The notes under the pieces are model-generated. The model made no database searches. It worked only from the letters and a program-made list of their open reading frames with translations, and had not been told where the DNA came from. Shown in pieces: positions 11,301 through 21,801 of a stretch of DNA of 64,000 nucleotides. The position numbers were made by a program, and so were the translations under genes. Position 1 is the first letter of the stretch. Each line of letters begins with the position of its first letter. The stretch lies in NCBI GenBank assembly GCA_951813565.1, contig OX638351.1, positions 4,352,001 through 4,416,000 on the forward strand, in the 5' to 3' direction. This stretch comes from an uncultured Poribacteria bacterium. Lineage in GTDB: Bacteria; Poribacteria; WGA-4E; WGA-3G.

Positions 11301-12095
11301 TCCTCGCTTACTTTTGATTATCAACCCCCTATTGATGAAAATAACAATCTCTATCCATTTGGTCCCAGCACCTATTTCTATGAGCGAAAAAGAATAACTT
11401 ATAACTTTAATACGAACATTGAAATTAAAACCCGGCGCAGCCAGTCTGCTCATCGCATCTTCTACTTTGATACCCGCCTTACTGCTGATTTTACAGAATT
11501 TGAATCGCTATATAGACGTAAATATGAACCGATTGAAAGTGATTTTACGATTGTTCCGTTACCAAGTCGAAATCTAAATATGACTGTTCGTTTTACGCAT
11601 GACCCAAATCCGCATCCTGATGATGGTAAACAATTCAAGATGGTCGGAGTACGCACCAATGTCAGATACACACGACAACAATGGTATGTAAGTGTCGGAA
11701 ATTCTTTCAGTAAACGACATACCTCTATACGTGCATCCCGTTCAATTACTGCTAATGGTAGATATCGTTTCAATAAAGACCTTGAGTTTGACTTTAGCCT
11801 CATCTATTATCCGATTGAAGGGCAATTTTACTCACAACGGGTTAGTATTAACCGCAATTTACACGATTGGAACTTGCGAATTTCATGGAGTCGGGTCGGT
11901 ATTAAACGCGATCCTCCGTTTGATAACGTCCGACAAGATTTCACATTTCAGGTTAACTTGATAGGTGAACCAGCAGTTTCAATGGGCGTCGGTTACGACG
12001 CGACTACCGACACATGGGGACTCCATACCTTACCTGCTGGTGTGCCATATAATGCATTTGGTAGCGGAAATTCGCTTGGTCGTTCATTCTTCTAA
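8337..12095 (+). CDS. lptD: LptD-like LPS-assembly outer-membrane protein with inserted parvulin-like domains (start 8337 or 8358)
   Basis: OstA-like jellyroll (LRADHV, ASGNV), TTC...PHY, GGVPLFYFP, C-terminal beta strands (NRNLHDW). Internal GGDMGY...EAAFALKEGEISSVLKT...FHVLK. Confidence 0.8.
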   Translation: MLLQKLSMAHTIIEKKHPINGFLRVIQLAIVLFTCLFSPLQWSSAQVPETSAPEVLEETNTQDANKTSNSIKEVLNPETMTPAPDTVIGDGKKVILQDNFVQIHGDALIKYEDVVLRADHVWADFNDNLMRASGNVYLKVGNEETYSDELVFNLETKKGIARNGYTFSDPWYFGGSEIFKIEDKRSYIRGGTLTTCSLKYPHYHFSVSEVIVRMNEEMIAKNIVLHIGGVPLFYFPAIRRDLRKGKVAKIIVRVGTDSYQGPNIGIILPIARKRRYDGALIYDRSARRGQGFGFEGKYRFSDTQFREIHIPLPPNATPAQRTKLQEKAKEIYDRLEGDYDRYWLKQLFLEYKINDEDTNRAKEKAESILKQLNDENADFSQLAQNESNHSETRYDGGDMGYLARGETDKEGKPILDPIMEEAAFALKEGEISSVLKTESAFHVLKAERVLDIYGEREIKLRRIDIAITASTQTQDEVRETAEKIHERALAGETFEQLAAEFTEAKLSEINEGNGLPLNEMDSGWRYSVRRLEKPGDITERRPVFSPEGLYIFQLVKKEKTPTFEELAEQFESEWKTFEAEVLATPSKDEKTTTSDKTKDTSDAESMPPPIENENDGSKTSTQVETVEDETTEQENTTDEEEEEFEVYKKHGYRGRWEDPRQVASEAQNLYAGEYSRVINTKKSFRLIKVDKKRTYRGDFYFYGADEYSFSRQDASRIGRRWNMRWGHRQSFYTPWDSRQAGRRPLSFVGRTEWRAHTYKKDLKLQNESTLNSFGIITYGSALSAASEKDVDEDGNLTYSRETIGDITSRLEVRHVQDFSGQGTTALQKLPQFTLNFSRMRFSRLPVFETINDGMVFVAEKVKSDKPFLSLLAFPTLEDTSFDMDIEFGNFYRQTYRSKHGEENNVFLQTLDLGFDLRKQANVFITPLRELKLNASLNTNAIWHAKDQDKNRNIIRGVYSVRAQATNTLFRIYNTRFIPGVRKLRHELQSSLTFDYQPPIDENNNLYPFGPSTYFYERKRITYNFNTNIEIKTRRSQSAHRIFYFDTRLTADFTEFESLYRRKYEPIESDFTIVPLPSRNLNMTVRFTHDPNPHPDDGKQFKMVGVRTNVRYTRQQWYVSVGNSFSKRHTSIRASRSITANGRYRFNKDLEFDFSLIYYPIEGQFYSQRVSINRNLHDWNLRISWSRVGIKRDPPFDNVRQDFTFQVNLIGEPAVSMGVGYDATTDTWGLHTLPAGVPYNAFGSGNSLGRSFF

Positions 12096-12925
12096 TGATG
12101 CTGTAAATGCAAAGGAATAATAAACTATGAATACTAACTTGACTCAAATCGAAAACAAACTATGGAGTGCTGCGGATGAATTAAGAGCCAATTCAAGTCT
12201 CAAAGGTTCTGAATACTCTACGCCAGTCTTAGGACTTATCTTTTTAAAATACGCCGACTATAAATTCAAACAAGTACAAAAAGAACTTAACTTTGAAACA
12301 TCATCTGGAACGCGGATACGAATTGATGAAAGAACACAATTCCAAGCAAGAGGTGCTTTTTATTTACCAGAAACTGCACGTTTCGACCATTTGCTGAATT
12401 TACCGGAAAGTGACAACATTGGACAAGCTATCTCCAATGCGATGAAAGCTATTGAAGATGAGAACAAACAGGTCGAAGGCGTTTTGCCCAAAAACTACAA
12501 TCGCCTTGAAAAGAGTACCCTCATAGAACTCCTACGCATCATGGAACAAATTTCGATGGACATTGAAGGCGATGCCTTCGGTAAAGTCTACGAATACTTT
12601 CTCGGTAATTTTGCTATGAGTGAGGGGCAAAAAGGCGGTGAGTTCTTCACGCCCACATCACTTGTAAAACTGATCGTTGAAATACTCCAACCATTTCACG
12701 GACGTATCCTTGACCCCGCGTGTGGATCCGGTGGCATGTTCGTTCAAAGTGAGGAGTTCATTCGGAATCACACACAAAACGGTAATCAGGGACATATTAG
12801 CATTCATGGTGTTGAACGGGTGAATGAGACTATCAGACTCTGCAAGATGAACCTTGCCGTGCATGGACATGAAGGGGACATCAGGCAAGCGAACAGTTAT
12901 TATGAAGACCCGCATAAGTCCTTAG

Positions 12926-14289
12926 CACTCCCCGTCAAACCCCCTGCCTTTAGGTAGGGGATGTAGACGGCGAAAGTTTTGATTTAAAATATACTTTCAA
13001 TCTAATCACAATGTGGTATAATATATCATACTATATTGTAGCTCTTGAAGTGATAAAAGACTATATTGAAGGTCAAAGTGGACAATGAGAAAATCTCACA
13101 AGTTCAAACTTCAACACCAATCTAACACAATCAAACTTGGTAATATGCTTGATGATATGTGGGAAATCCATGTGCATATCATGCGTTTGGCACGTAGGTA
13201 TTATCGCATGTTCGGCAAAAATTTGTCTGCGTATCGTCTGAAGGCACACGTCACAAAACTTAAAAAGACAACTAAACCGCATTGGGCAGCCTTGCCGAGT
13301 CAAGTTGTGCAAGACGTTGTCCTACGTTATGGTAAATCACAAGACGCATTTTTCCAAAATATAGCAAGCCGCAAATCAGGTAAAACAACGCGTAAAGTGG
13401 GTAGACCGAAAATCAAACCGAGACACAAATACAACTCCATGACCTTCACACAAGCGGGCTACAAACTTGAAGATAATCGTATCAAAATCAACTGTATAGA
13501 TACATGGTTTTCGTTTCACAAACACCGTGAAATCAAAGGTGTCATCAAGACGATCACCATCAAACGTGACAGGTGCGGTGACTATTGGATATGCTTTTCG
13601 TGCGAGAATGTTGACGATCCCGAACCCAAACCCAAGACAGGTAAGAGCGCAGGATTTGATTACGGAAACAAAACATTCCTCACAAGCGACGAAGGCAACA
13701 AGATAGAATCCCCGCAGTTTTTCAAACAATCACTCAAGACGCTGCGATCTCTCAACAAAGCACTCAGTCGTAAAGTCAAAGGTTCTAACAACTATTATCG
13801 TGCGTGTCGTGCTTTGGCAAGGCAACACAGAAAAGTTGCCCGACAAAGAGAAGATTGGCAGTGGAAACTTGCTCACGAACTTTGTGTAGAGTTTGACACA
13901 CTCATTTTTGAAACGCTGAACCTTGACGGTATGAAACGATTATGGGGACGTAAAGTTTCTGACCATTCTTTCTACCAGTTTCTTCAGATATTGGAACAGA
14001 AGTGTGCGAAGCACGGCAAAAAACTTGTGCGAATCTCTCAATGGATAGCAACAACAAAACCTTGTAGTGATTGTGGATACCATAACAAAGAACTCTCTCT
14101 TTCTGATAGGCAGTGGACATGTCCCGAATGTGGGTCACACCACGACAGAGACACCAACGCTGCTATCAATATCAAACGGGCAGGCTTGGCTGCCTAAAGT
14201 GGAGCGACAATAAGACGGTCAACTCTCTGAGAAAACCGCAGTCGCAAGGAAGCACAAGCCCCTACCTTTAGGTAGTGGGTACCTATGAC
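12926..14289 (+). mobile_element. IS200/IS605-family TnpB-only (IS1341-like) element
   Basis: Inserted 3' of TTAG, ends in TGAC, no TSD. Subterminal hairpins at 12941-12960 and 14259-14279 are preceded by AAAC and CAAG. Confidence 0.93.
13085..14197 (+). CDS. tnpB: RNA-guided endonuclease TnpB
   Basis: RuvC-I GFDYG, RuvC-II FETLNL, Zn ribbon CSDC...CPEC, RuvC-III DRDTNAAINI. Confidence 0.95.
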   Translation: MRKSHKFKLQHQSNTIKLGNMLDDMWEIHVHIMRLARRYYRMFGKNLSAYRLKAHVTKLKKTTKPHWAALPSQVVQDVVLRYGKSQDAFFQNIASRKSGKTTRKVGRPKIKPRHKYNSMTFTQAGYKLEDNRIKINCIDTWFSFHKHREIKGVIKTITIKRDRCGDYWICFSCENVDDPEPKPKTGKSAGFDYGNKTFLTSDEGNKIESPQFFKQSLKTLRSLNKALSRKVKGSNNYYRACRALARQHRKVARQREDWQWKLAHELCVEFDTLIFETLNLDGMKRLWGRKVSDHSFYQFLQILEQKCAKHGKKLVRISQWIATTKPCSDCGYHNKELSLSDRQWTCPECGSHHDRDTNAAINIKRAGLAA

Positions 14290-14309
14290 GTAAATTTGAT
14301 TTTGTGATG
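14130..14309 (+). ncRNA. Predicted TnpB omegaRNA/reRNA (5' boundary approximate; guide from 14290)
   Basis: Inferred from established TnpB biology: the scaffold overlaps the tnpB 3' end and right end, and the guide comes from the 3' flank. Confidence 0.5.
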
Positions 14310-15092
14310 GCGAATCCACCTTTTAATGTGGACAGAGTAGACATGGAACGGATAAAAGATGATCCACGATTTCCGTTCGGCATGCCGCGCGTAGATAATG
14401 CTAATTATATTTGGATACAGTTGTTTCTAAGCTCATTAAATGATACAGGTAAAGCGGGTTTTGTAATGGCAAACTCCGCTGCAGACGCGCGCGCTTCGGA
14501 ATTAGAAATACGCAAACAGATTATTGAATCTCGTGTTGTTGATGTGATGATAAGCATTGCCTCAAATTTCTTCTACACTGTAACGCTGCCGTGTACCCTC
14601 TGGTTCTTTGACAAATCCAAACAGGACACCGACAGACACGATAAAGTCCTCTTCATTGATGCGCGCCATCTTTATCAACAAGTCAGTCGGGCACATCGTG
14701 AATTTACACCCATGCAACTGGAATTCTTGGCAAACATAGCGCGCCTTTACCGATACGAAACCCCTGAAAATAGACACGATAGCGAGGAATACCTCAAAAA
14801 CAAATTCCCCGATGAGAAATACGTTGATGTCCCCGGTCTGTGTAAGGTTGCTACAGTAGAAGAAATTGAAGCACAAGGATGGAGCTTAAACCCCGGACGT
14901 TATGTCGGTGTAGCAACACAAGAAAAAGAGGATTTTGACTTTTCGCAACGGTTCGTTGAACTCAATGAGGAATTAGAAATTCTAAACGCGGAGGCACACC
15001 AGATGGAAGAACGCATCGCAGAGAATGTTGCGAAGATTTTAGAGAATACGGTATAATATTATTGAGGTAGAATACGGAAATGAAGGCTGAAA

Positions 15093-15425
15093 ATGAGTGA
15101 AGAAATTAAGATTGAAGAAAGTTCAGGCAATGTGTTTTTAGACATCGGTTTCTCTGAGGAAGAAGCGGAACGTGAGTTGTTAAGGGTAAATCTCGCCTAT
15201 GCAATCCACTGCATTCTTAAAGAACTGAAACTGACACCAGCAAAAGCGTCGACACGCTTCGGACTTGATCCGAATGATGTGAAACGTCTGAAGAAGATGA
15301 ATTTTGAAGATTTTACTGTAGAACGTCTGCTTACGATTCTGAAAAGACTAAACCGAGACGTTGAAATTCATATTAAGCCTTCAAACGAAGAAGGCGGACA
15401 CCTACGAGTCGTTACGACTTCGTGA
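15093..15425 (+). CDS. XRE-family HTH protein (HigA-like, orphan)
   Basis: SSGNVFLDIGF N-terminus and FTVERLLTIL...DVEI. Confidence 0.8.
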   Translation: MSEEIKIEESSGNVFLDIGFSEEEAERELLRVNLAYAIHCILKELKLTPAKASTRFGLDPNDVKRLKKMNFEDFTVERLLTILKRLNRDVEIHIKPSNEEGGHLRVVTTS

Positions 15426-15482
15426 TCTATCCTCTCATAATCCAAATCTGTGATTGAAAATGAATAGAAAACACATAACAGT

Positions 15483-16684
15483 ATGAATAACACAATTCGT
15501 TTTGGTGATTTTGTTGAAGTTAATCCACGTGTCCAATTAGAAAAGGGAAAAGAGCATCCATACATTGAAATGGCTGACATCAATCCAGGTAACGCGTTTG
15601 TTTTTCCTCAAGAAGAACGCGTTTACAAAGGAGGCGGTTCTCGATTTCAATCTGGTGACATCCTGTTTGCTCGCATTACGCCTTGTTTAGAAAACGGAAA
15701 GATCGTTCAATTCAAACACACGGGTAATCAACCCTGTTTTGGATCAACTGAGTTTTCATTTTTCGTGGTAAACCCAATATATCAGACTCAACTTATATTT
15801 TATATTTGGCTCTCAGTCCAATAATTCGAGACCCTGCTGTGAAGAGCATGAGCGGTGCTTCAGGCCGTCAACGTGCTGCTTTGTCATCGGTTGAAGATAT
15901 TTCCATTCCATTTCTTCCCCTCCCAACACAACGCAAAATCGCCGCTATCCTCAGCACCTACGACGACCTCATAGAAAACAACACCCACCGCATCAAAATC
16001 CTTGAAGACATGGCACAAACCCTCTACAGAGAATGGTTCGTCCACTACCGATTTCCGGGACAGGAGAACGTGCCGATGGTCCAATCAGAGTTGGGACCGA
16101 TACCGTAGGGATGGGAGGTTAAGAAATTTGGCGAGGTCTCTCTAAACTTTGATCGTATGCGTAAACCACTATCAGGACAGGTTAGATCAACTATGCAGGG
16201 CGAATATCCATATTATGGTGCTGCTAAAGTTTTGGATCATATCAACGATTATTTATTTGATGGACGGTATTTATTAATTGGTGAAGATGGTAGCGTTGTT
16301 ACTGAGGATGGAAAACCTGTGCTGCAGTTAGTAACTGGAAAGTTCTGGGTAAATAATCATACACATGTTGTCCAAGGAAAGGCACCAATTTCGACAAATT
16401 TCCTTTATTTGTTTATGTCCAATGTAGCCATTTTAGGCTATGTTACCGGTGCCGCACAGCCAAAGATTAACCAACAAAACTTGAATAGAATTCCAGCCAT
16501 TTTGCCTCCACAAAAATTGTTAGAAAAATTTGACCAAATGATTGAACCTAATTTTGAAAACATTACAGCGTTAAAACTGAAAAACGCCAACCTCCGACAA
16601 ACCCGCGACCTCCTCCTCCCTAAACTCATCTCTGGCGAAATAGACGTATCCGACCTTGATATTGACCAAGTCATCCCAATTTAG
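15483..16684 (+). pseudogene. hsdS: Type I R-M specificity subunit with frameshift and nonsense codon
   Basis: ARITPCLENGK, PLPTQRKIA, RDLLLPKL. One T is missing at ~15753-15756, and TAG at 16106-16108 interrupts GPIP*GWEV. Confidence 0.9.
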
Positions 16685-16696
16685 TTCGCCACTCTG

Positions 16697-16747
16697 AAAG
16701 CAATTGACAAGTACAAACGTGAAAATGTATAATATCAACAAGGCAAT
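16697..16747 (+). promoter_or_regulatory. Sigma70 promoter module, copy 1
   Basis: TTGACA 16704-16709, 18 nt spacer, TATAAT 16728-16733. Confidence 0.85.
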
Positions 16748-16782
16748 TAAATTGAGATATAATCTGAAAGGAGTACAATTGG

Positions 16783-17106
16783 ATGATCCAAATTTCTGAA
16801 CCGATAACTCTTGAAAAACTGCTGCCATTAATTCAAAAATTGCCTAAAGTGGAACGCGATCAACTACGGAAATCTCTTGAAGCTGAGTCACAACTTGATG
16901 CCGCAATCCTGCTATATCAAGAAGGTAAAGTGACACTCGGAAGAGCCGCTGAATTAGCGGGAATCCACCGTTTCGAGTTGGAAGCGGTTTTAAAGGAGAA
17001 AGGTATATCTAAAATTGCCGAAGTTGATTCAGATGAAAATTTGGAAGCGGGAATTGCGGTCATCAGGGAATTGCACAAATCAAACATCAGCACAGAGGAA
17101 CAATAA
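16783..17106 (+). CDS. UPF0175-family antitoxin
   Basis: AILLYQEGKVTLGRAAELAGI. Confidence 0.85.
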   Translation: MIQISEPITLEKLLPLIQKLPKVERDQLRKSLEAESQLDAAILLYQEGKVTLGRAAELAGIHRFELEAVLKEKGISKIAEVDSDENLEAGIAVIRELHKSNISTEEQ

Positions 17107-17108
17107 CT

Positions 17109-17599
17109 TTGGTCTTTGTTGATACTGATGTTCTTTCAATTTTCGCCAAGATTCAGAGGTTATCTCTCTTGTTTGCGGTTTTTCATCAAGACCAGCTTAA
17201 CATTGCTACTGCTGTCGAAAATGAAATCAAAATCGCGAGCTCAAAAGGGTTCACTTCGCGCATGAAATTATAGAACTAAATACACAAGGTCAAATTCGCA
17301 CACATCGCACGACGAGTGCATATCAAAAGTTTATGCGTTCCTTACCACAAACACTTGATGCAGGGGAACGCGAATCTATGGCACTTTGTAAACGCCTAAA
17401 AGCTATTTTGGTTAGCAACGAACGGCGCGTAATGCACCATTGCGGTGCAAACCGTATTGATTGTATTAACTTAGCTCAGATTTTACGCACACTCTGGAAA
17501 TTAAACATCTTGACCCAAACTGATGTTCGGCAAGTTATAACCGAGATTGAAACAAAAGATAATCTAAAATTTCGAACAACTGAACCAATTTTCAAATGA
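17109..17599 (+). pseudogene. PIN-domain (DUF3368-like) toxin, frameshifted
   Basis: TTG start, VFVDTDVLS...AVENE; frameshift near 17254; then LDAGERESMAL...SNE. Confidence 0.75.
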
Positions 17600-17640
17600 A
17601 TCCTTACAGTGAAGACTAACTCATCGAACGACCTGCCATT
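17596..17640 (+). pseudogene. Remnant of a second hsdR 5' end
   Basis: MNPYSED*LIERPAI compared with MRNPYSENQLVEQPAI at 18682. Confidence 0.7.
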
Positions 17641-17791
17641 GCGCAAGACGCTGACAACACCAAAATTTCAGAGTCGCAATTTTGCTCAAAACCAGATAAT
17701 CCCGCTCCCAGACTAATCGGATAGGCATTTTTCGCTACCTGCTATTTCGCGTTTTACTCTGAAAACTCTGAAATTTGGCAGTATAAAACCA

Positions 17792-17842
17792 AAAGCAATT
17801 GACAAGTACAACCGTGAAAATGTATAATATCAACAAGGCAAT
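17792..17842 (+). promoter_or_regulatory. Sigma70 promoter module, copy 2
   Basis: TTGACA 17799-17804 and TATAAT 17823-17828; nearly identical to copy 1. Confidence 0.85.
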
Positions 17843-17855
17843 GAGGAGGACACCA

Positions 17856-18146
17856 ATGCTCAAAATCAACCCGCAATATCTTGTTGATGACAAAGGTGAG
17901 AAAACCGCTGCGCTCCTGACAATCAAAGAATTCCAACTGCTCATGCAGCGTCTTGAAGACTTAGAAGATACTTTAGAGATGGACGCTGCGGTCGAAACCG
18001 ATCAAGCAGAACTTATGGAATACGCTGAGGCACAACTTCGCAAGTTGTGTGACTCACGCAAGTTGAATTGGGATAAGATGAGCGAGGCGGATCGTGAAAA
18101 TTTTGTTAATGACCTCATCCATGAGGATCGCGAATGCAGCCGGTAG
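17856..18146 (+). CDS. Putative antitoxin, apparently chimeric
   Basis: GAGGAGG RBS; QYLVDDKGEKTAALL...LEDLED N-terminus; overlaps the PIN gene. Confidence 0.65.
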   Translation: MLKINPQYLVDDKGEKTAALLTIKEFQLLMQRLEDLEDTLEMDAAVETDQAELMEYAEAQLRKLCDSRKLNWDKMSEADRENFVNDLIHEDRECSR

Positions 18147-18541
18147 TTGTTTATGATACAAATATTCTATTTTCCGCTACTGGTTGGAAAGGAACTCCTT
18201 TTCATTGTCTTGAATTAGCACGACATGGCAGCATTAAAGGCATAACCTGCATAGAAATTTTAGATGAATTAGCAGAAAAGCTCTCTACCAAGCTCAATTT
18301 CTCGTCAACCCAAACAAGAAAAAGGATTGAATACCTCAGCAGTTTTCTGCGGCTGGTTACGATTAACAACACCCTCAAGATTGTTGATGCGGATCCGGAC
18401 GATGACAAAGTTATTGAATGCGCGGTTGTAGGTTCGGCAACCCACATTGTGACTGGCGATTCGCATTTGTTAAAACTTGGAAACTATCAGAATATACAGA
18501 TCGTAACAGCTGCAGATTTCTACGCTCAGTTTTCACGATAA
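18134..18541 (+). CDS. PIN-family toxin (PIN_3-like)
   Basis: VVYDTNILFS, DPDDDKVIECA, IVTGDSHLL. Confidence 0.9.
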   Translation: MQPVVVYDTNILFSATGWKGTPFHCLELARHGSIKGITCIEILDELAEKLSTKLNFSSTQTRKRIEYLSSFLRLVTINNTLKIVDADPDDDKVIECAVVGSATHIVTGDSHLLKLGNYQNIQIVTAADFYAQFSR

Positions 18542-18664
18542 CATATCAATATAACCGATTGGCGAATACGCGTTGGGATATACCGAATTCTATATCAAAT
18601 AGACGACCAACATCGGCGTGTCAACATTTACCGAATCAAACACCGTCGAGATGCCTATCGTTAG
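18542..18664 (+). pseudogene. C-terminal half of a RelE/StbE-like toxin
   Basis: DWRIRVGIYRILYQIDDQHRRVNIYRIKHRRDAYR*, with no start codon. Confidence 0.8.
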
Positions 18665-21600
18665 ATATAAGACTATTCATCATGCGAAACCCCTACAGTG
18701 AAAACCAACTCGTAGAACAACCCGCAATTGAACTGCTCAAAGAAATAGGATGGCAAACGCAGGACTGTGCTAACGAATTTGAGAACGACAGCAAAATTCG
18801 GACTGGCAGAGCAGCAAAATCTGAAGTTGTGCTAACTGATCGGCTCCGCGCGGCGTTAGTACGGCTCAACCATGATGCACCTGAAGATGTTATTGATTCC
18901 GCTATTGAAGAATTAACGCAATCTCGCAAAGTAATGACCCCTGTTGAAGCGAATCGGGAAATCTACAATCTCCTGAAAGACGGTGTTAAAATAACTGACC
19001 CCGACCCGAACACGCAAGAAGAAACCGTTTCAGTAATTAAAGTAATTGACTGGGAGAATCCAGAAAATAACGACTTCTTCGCAGCGTCACAATTCTGGAT
19101 CACTGGCGAAATGTATACCAGACGTCCAGACCTGATAGGATTCGTCAACGGGATCCCCTTACTCTTAATGGAGTTCAAGGGGATTGGCGAAAACCTATAC
19201 GCAGCCTACATTGACAACCTCCGAGACTACAAAGACACCATCCCCCACCTTTTTTGGTACAACGCCTTAATTATTGTATCCAACGGTTCAAAGAGCCGCG
19301 TCGGGAGTTTTACTGCCGAATGGGAACACTTCACCGAATGGAAACGGATTGAAAGTGAAGATGAACAGCAGAGAGTCTCACTGGAAACACTTCTACGAGG
19401 TGTCTGTGAACCAAAACGATTATTAGATATCGTTGAAAATTTCACGCTGTTTATGGAGATCCAAGGCGGGACAATTAAACTGATCTCAAAAAATCATCAA
19501 TACTTGGGCGTAAACAACGCAATTAAGGCATTGCAGGAAAACAAATCCAATCTTGGAAAACTTGGTGTATTCTGGCATACACAAGGAAGTGGTAAAAGTA
19601 TCTCAATGATCTTCTTTGCACAGAAAGTCCTCAGAAAAATGCGGGGACACTGGACATTCGTTGTCGTAACAGACCGTAAAGAATTGGACAACCAAATTTA
19701 CAAAACCTTCGCGAGTGCCAGCGGTGTCTTAACACAGCAGGAGGTGCATGCAGAAAACATCAAAGACCTCCGTCAACTGCTCAGTGAAGATCACCGTTAT
19801 GTTTTCACGCTTATCCATAAATTTCAGACAGCAGATAATGAACCACATCCAGTCCTCTCTGATCGTGCAGACATTATTGTGATTACCGATGAAGCGCACC
19901 GTAGTCAATACGACACATTGGCGTTAAACATGCGTACCGCGCTCCCGAATGCTGCATATATTGCGTTTACAGGTACGCCTCTAATGGTAGGCGAAGAAAA
20001 GACACGTGAAGTGTTTGGAGACGAAGTGTCAGTATACAATTTTAAGCAATCCGTAGAGGATAAAGCAACCGTCCCGCTCTACTATGAAAATCGCGTTCCC
20101 AGATTGCAATTGACAAATGAGGATTTAAATACCGACCTTGAACAGATTCTTGAGCAGGCGGAATTGGATGAGGCACAAGAAGCAAGACTGGAACGTGAGT
20201 TTGCACGCGAATATCATCTCATCACGCGGGATGAACGTTTAGAAAAAGTTGCAGAAGACATCGTTTCACATTTTATCGGCAGGGGCTATCGGGGGAAGGC
20301 GATGGTCATCTCTATTGATAAACCCACAGCAGTTAAGGTGTACGGTAAAGCACAGAAGTACTGGAGACATAAACTTGAAACTCTGAGATCAGAATTAAAC
20401 AGTGGTGTTGCAAGAGACAGAGAGGAACCACTTGAGGCGTTAATTCAGTTTATGGAAGAAACCGATATGGCCGTGGTGGTGTCACAATCACAAAACGAAA
20501 TTGACGATCTGAGAAGGAGAGGCGTTGACATCAGCCCACACCGACAACGCATGCAAAGTGAGGATTTGGACACCAAATTCAAAAACCCAGATGATCCTTT
20601 CCGTATTGTTTTCCTCTGTGCAATGTGGACCACAGGTTTTGATGTCCCTTCATGTTCAACAATTTATCTTGACAAACCGCAACGCAACCATACCTTAATG
20701 CAGACAATTGCAAGAGCTAATCGTGTGTTTAAAGATAAAGTCAACGGGTTAATCGTTGACTACATAGGCGTTTTTCGTAACCTTGAAAAAGCACTTGCTA
20801 TTTATGCTACAGGATCTAACGGGAACGGAAGTAATCCAATTGCGGATAAGTCAGAACTTATTGAGGAACTCAGAGAAGCAATTACAGAAATTTCTGATTT
20901 TTGTAGTAACCTTGGAATTGACTTTTCCAGAATCCAGGTGACTGATAGCCTGCAGCAAATCCAATTAATTGACGAAGCAGTAAATCTTATTCTGGTCAAC
21001 GATCAAACCAAAAATGACTACCTCGAACAAGCAAACAAAATCTATAAATTATTCAAAGCAATTCTCCCTGACACTGCAGCGAATGAGTTCATCGGGATAT
21101 GTTCATTGCTAAACATTATCGCTCGGAAAATAAAGAATCTCCGTGAACCCGTTGACATCTCCGAAGTCGAAAATGCAGTAGAAGAATTACTGGACCGCTC
21201 AATCGCCCCTGAAGGTTACATCATCAGTGCTGGTCAAAATGCCTATGGCTCAGAACAAATTGACTTAAGCCAAATTGACTTCGAACAACTGGCTGAACAA
21301 TTCAACACTGAACACAAACGCACTCAAGCTGAAAAACTCAAGGGAGCGATAAATAGAAAACTATCAGAGATGATTCAACTCAACAAAAGTCGCATGGATC
21401 TTCAAGAGAAATTTGAACAGATGATTGCGGAGTATAACGAAGGTCATATTAGCGAAGACCAACATCTTGAGGAAATTTTTGATTTTCTGAATGAACTTAA
21501 TCAAGAGGAAGAACGTGCTGAATCAGAAGAACTCTCGGAGGAGGAATTAGCGGTATTTGATCTTCTAACTAAAGCTGAACCACGCTTGACTGTGCCGCAG

Positions 21601-21801
21601 CGAGAAGAAGTGAAAACTGCTGTGAAGGGATTACTTGAAACTCTCAAACAAGAGAATTTGGTTTTAGATTGGCGTAAACAGCAACAATTGTGTGCCCAAA
21701 CTGAAATGGCTGTTCAAACAATTGTACTGCCACCGGAAATTCGGGCCACTCTCTAAGACAAGATTATGGTATAATATCCATCTACTTGAAAGGAGTATCC
21801 G

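Larger units (their letters stand above)
12127..15056 (+). pseudogene. hsdM: Type I R-M methyltransferase, interrupted by IS200/IS605 element
   Basis: [29 protein letters not shown]. Removing 12926-14289 restores [16 protein letters not shown] in frame. Confidence 0.93.

Noticed and set aside
12926..14289. IStron (self-splicing rescue of hsdM)
   Set aside because: Only ~160 nt lie before tnpB, too short for a group I intron core, and none was recognised.
16106..16108. Amber recoding (TAG here and at 48667)
   Set aside because: Both genes also carry frameshifts, and TAG ends many normal genes in the window.
18418..18681. 88-aa N-terminal extension of HsdR
   Set aside because: It overlaps the PIN gene and the RelE remnant; HsdR-like sequence begins at ATG 18682.
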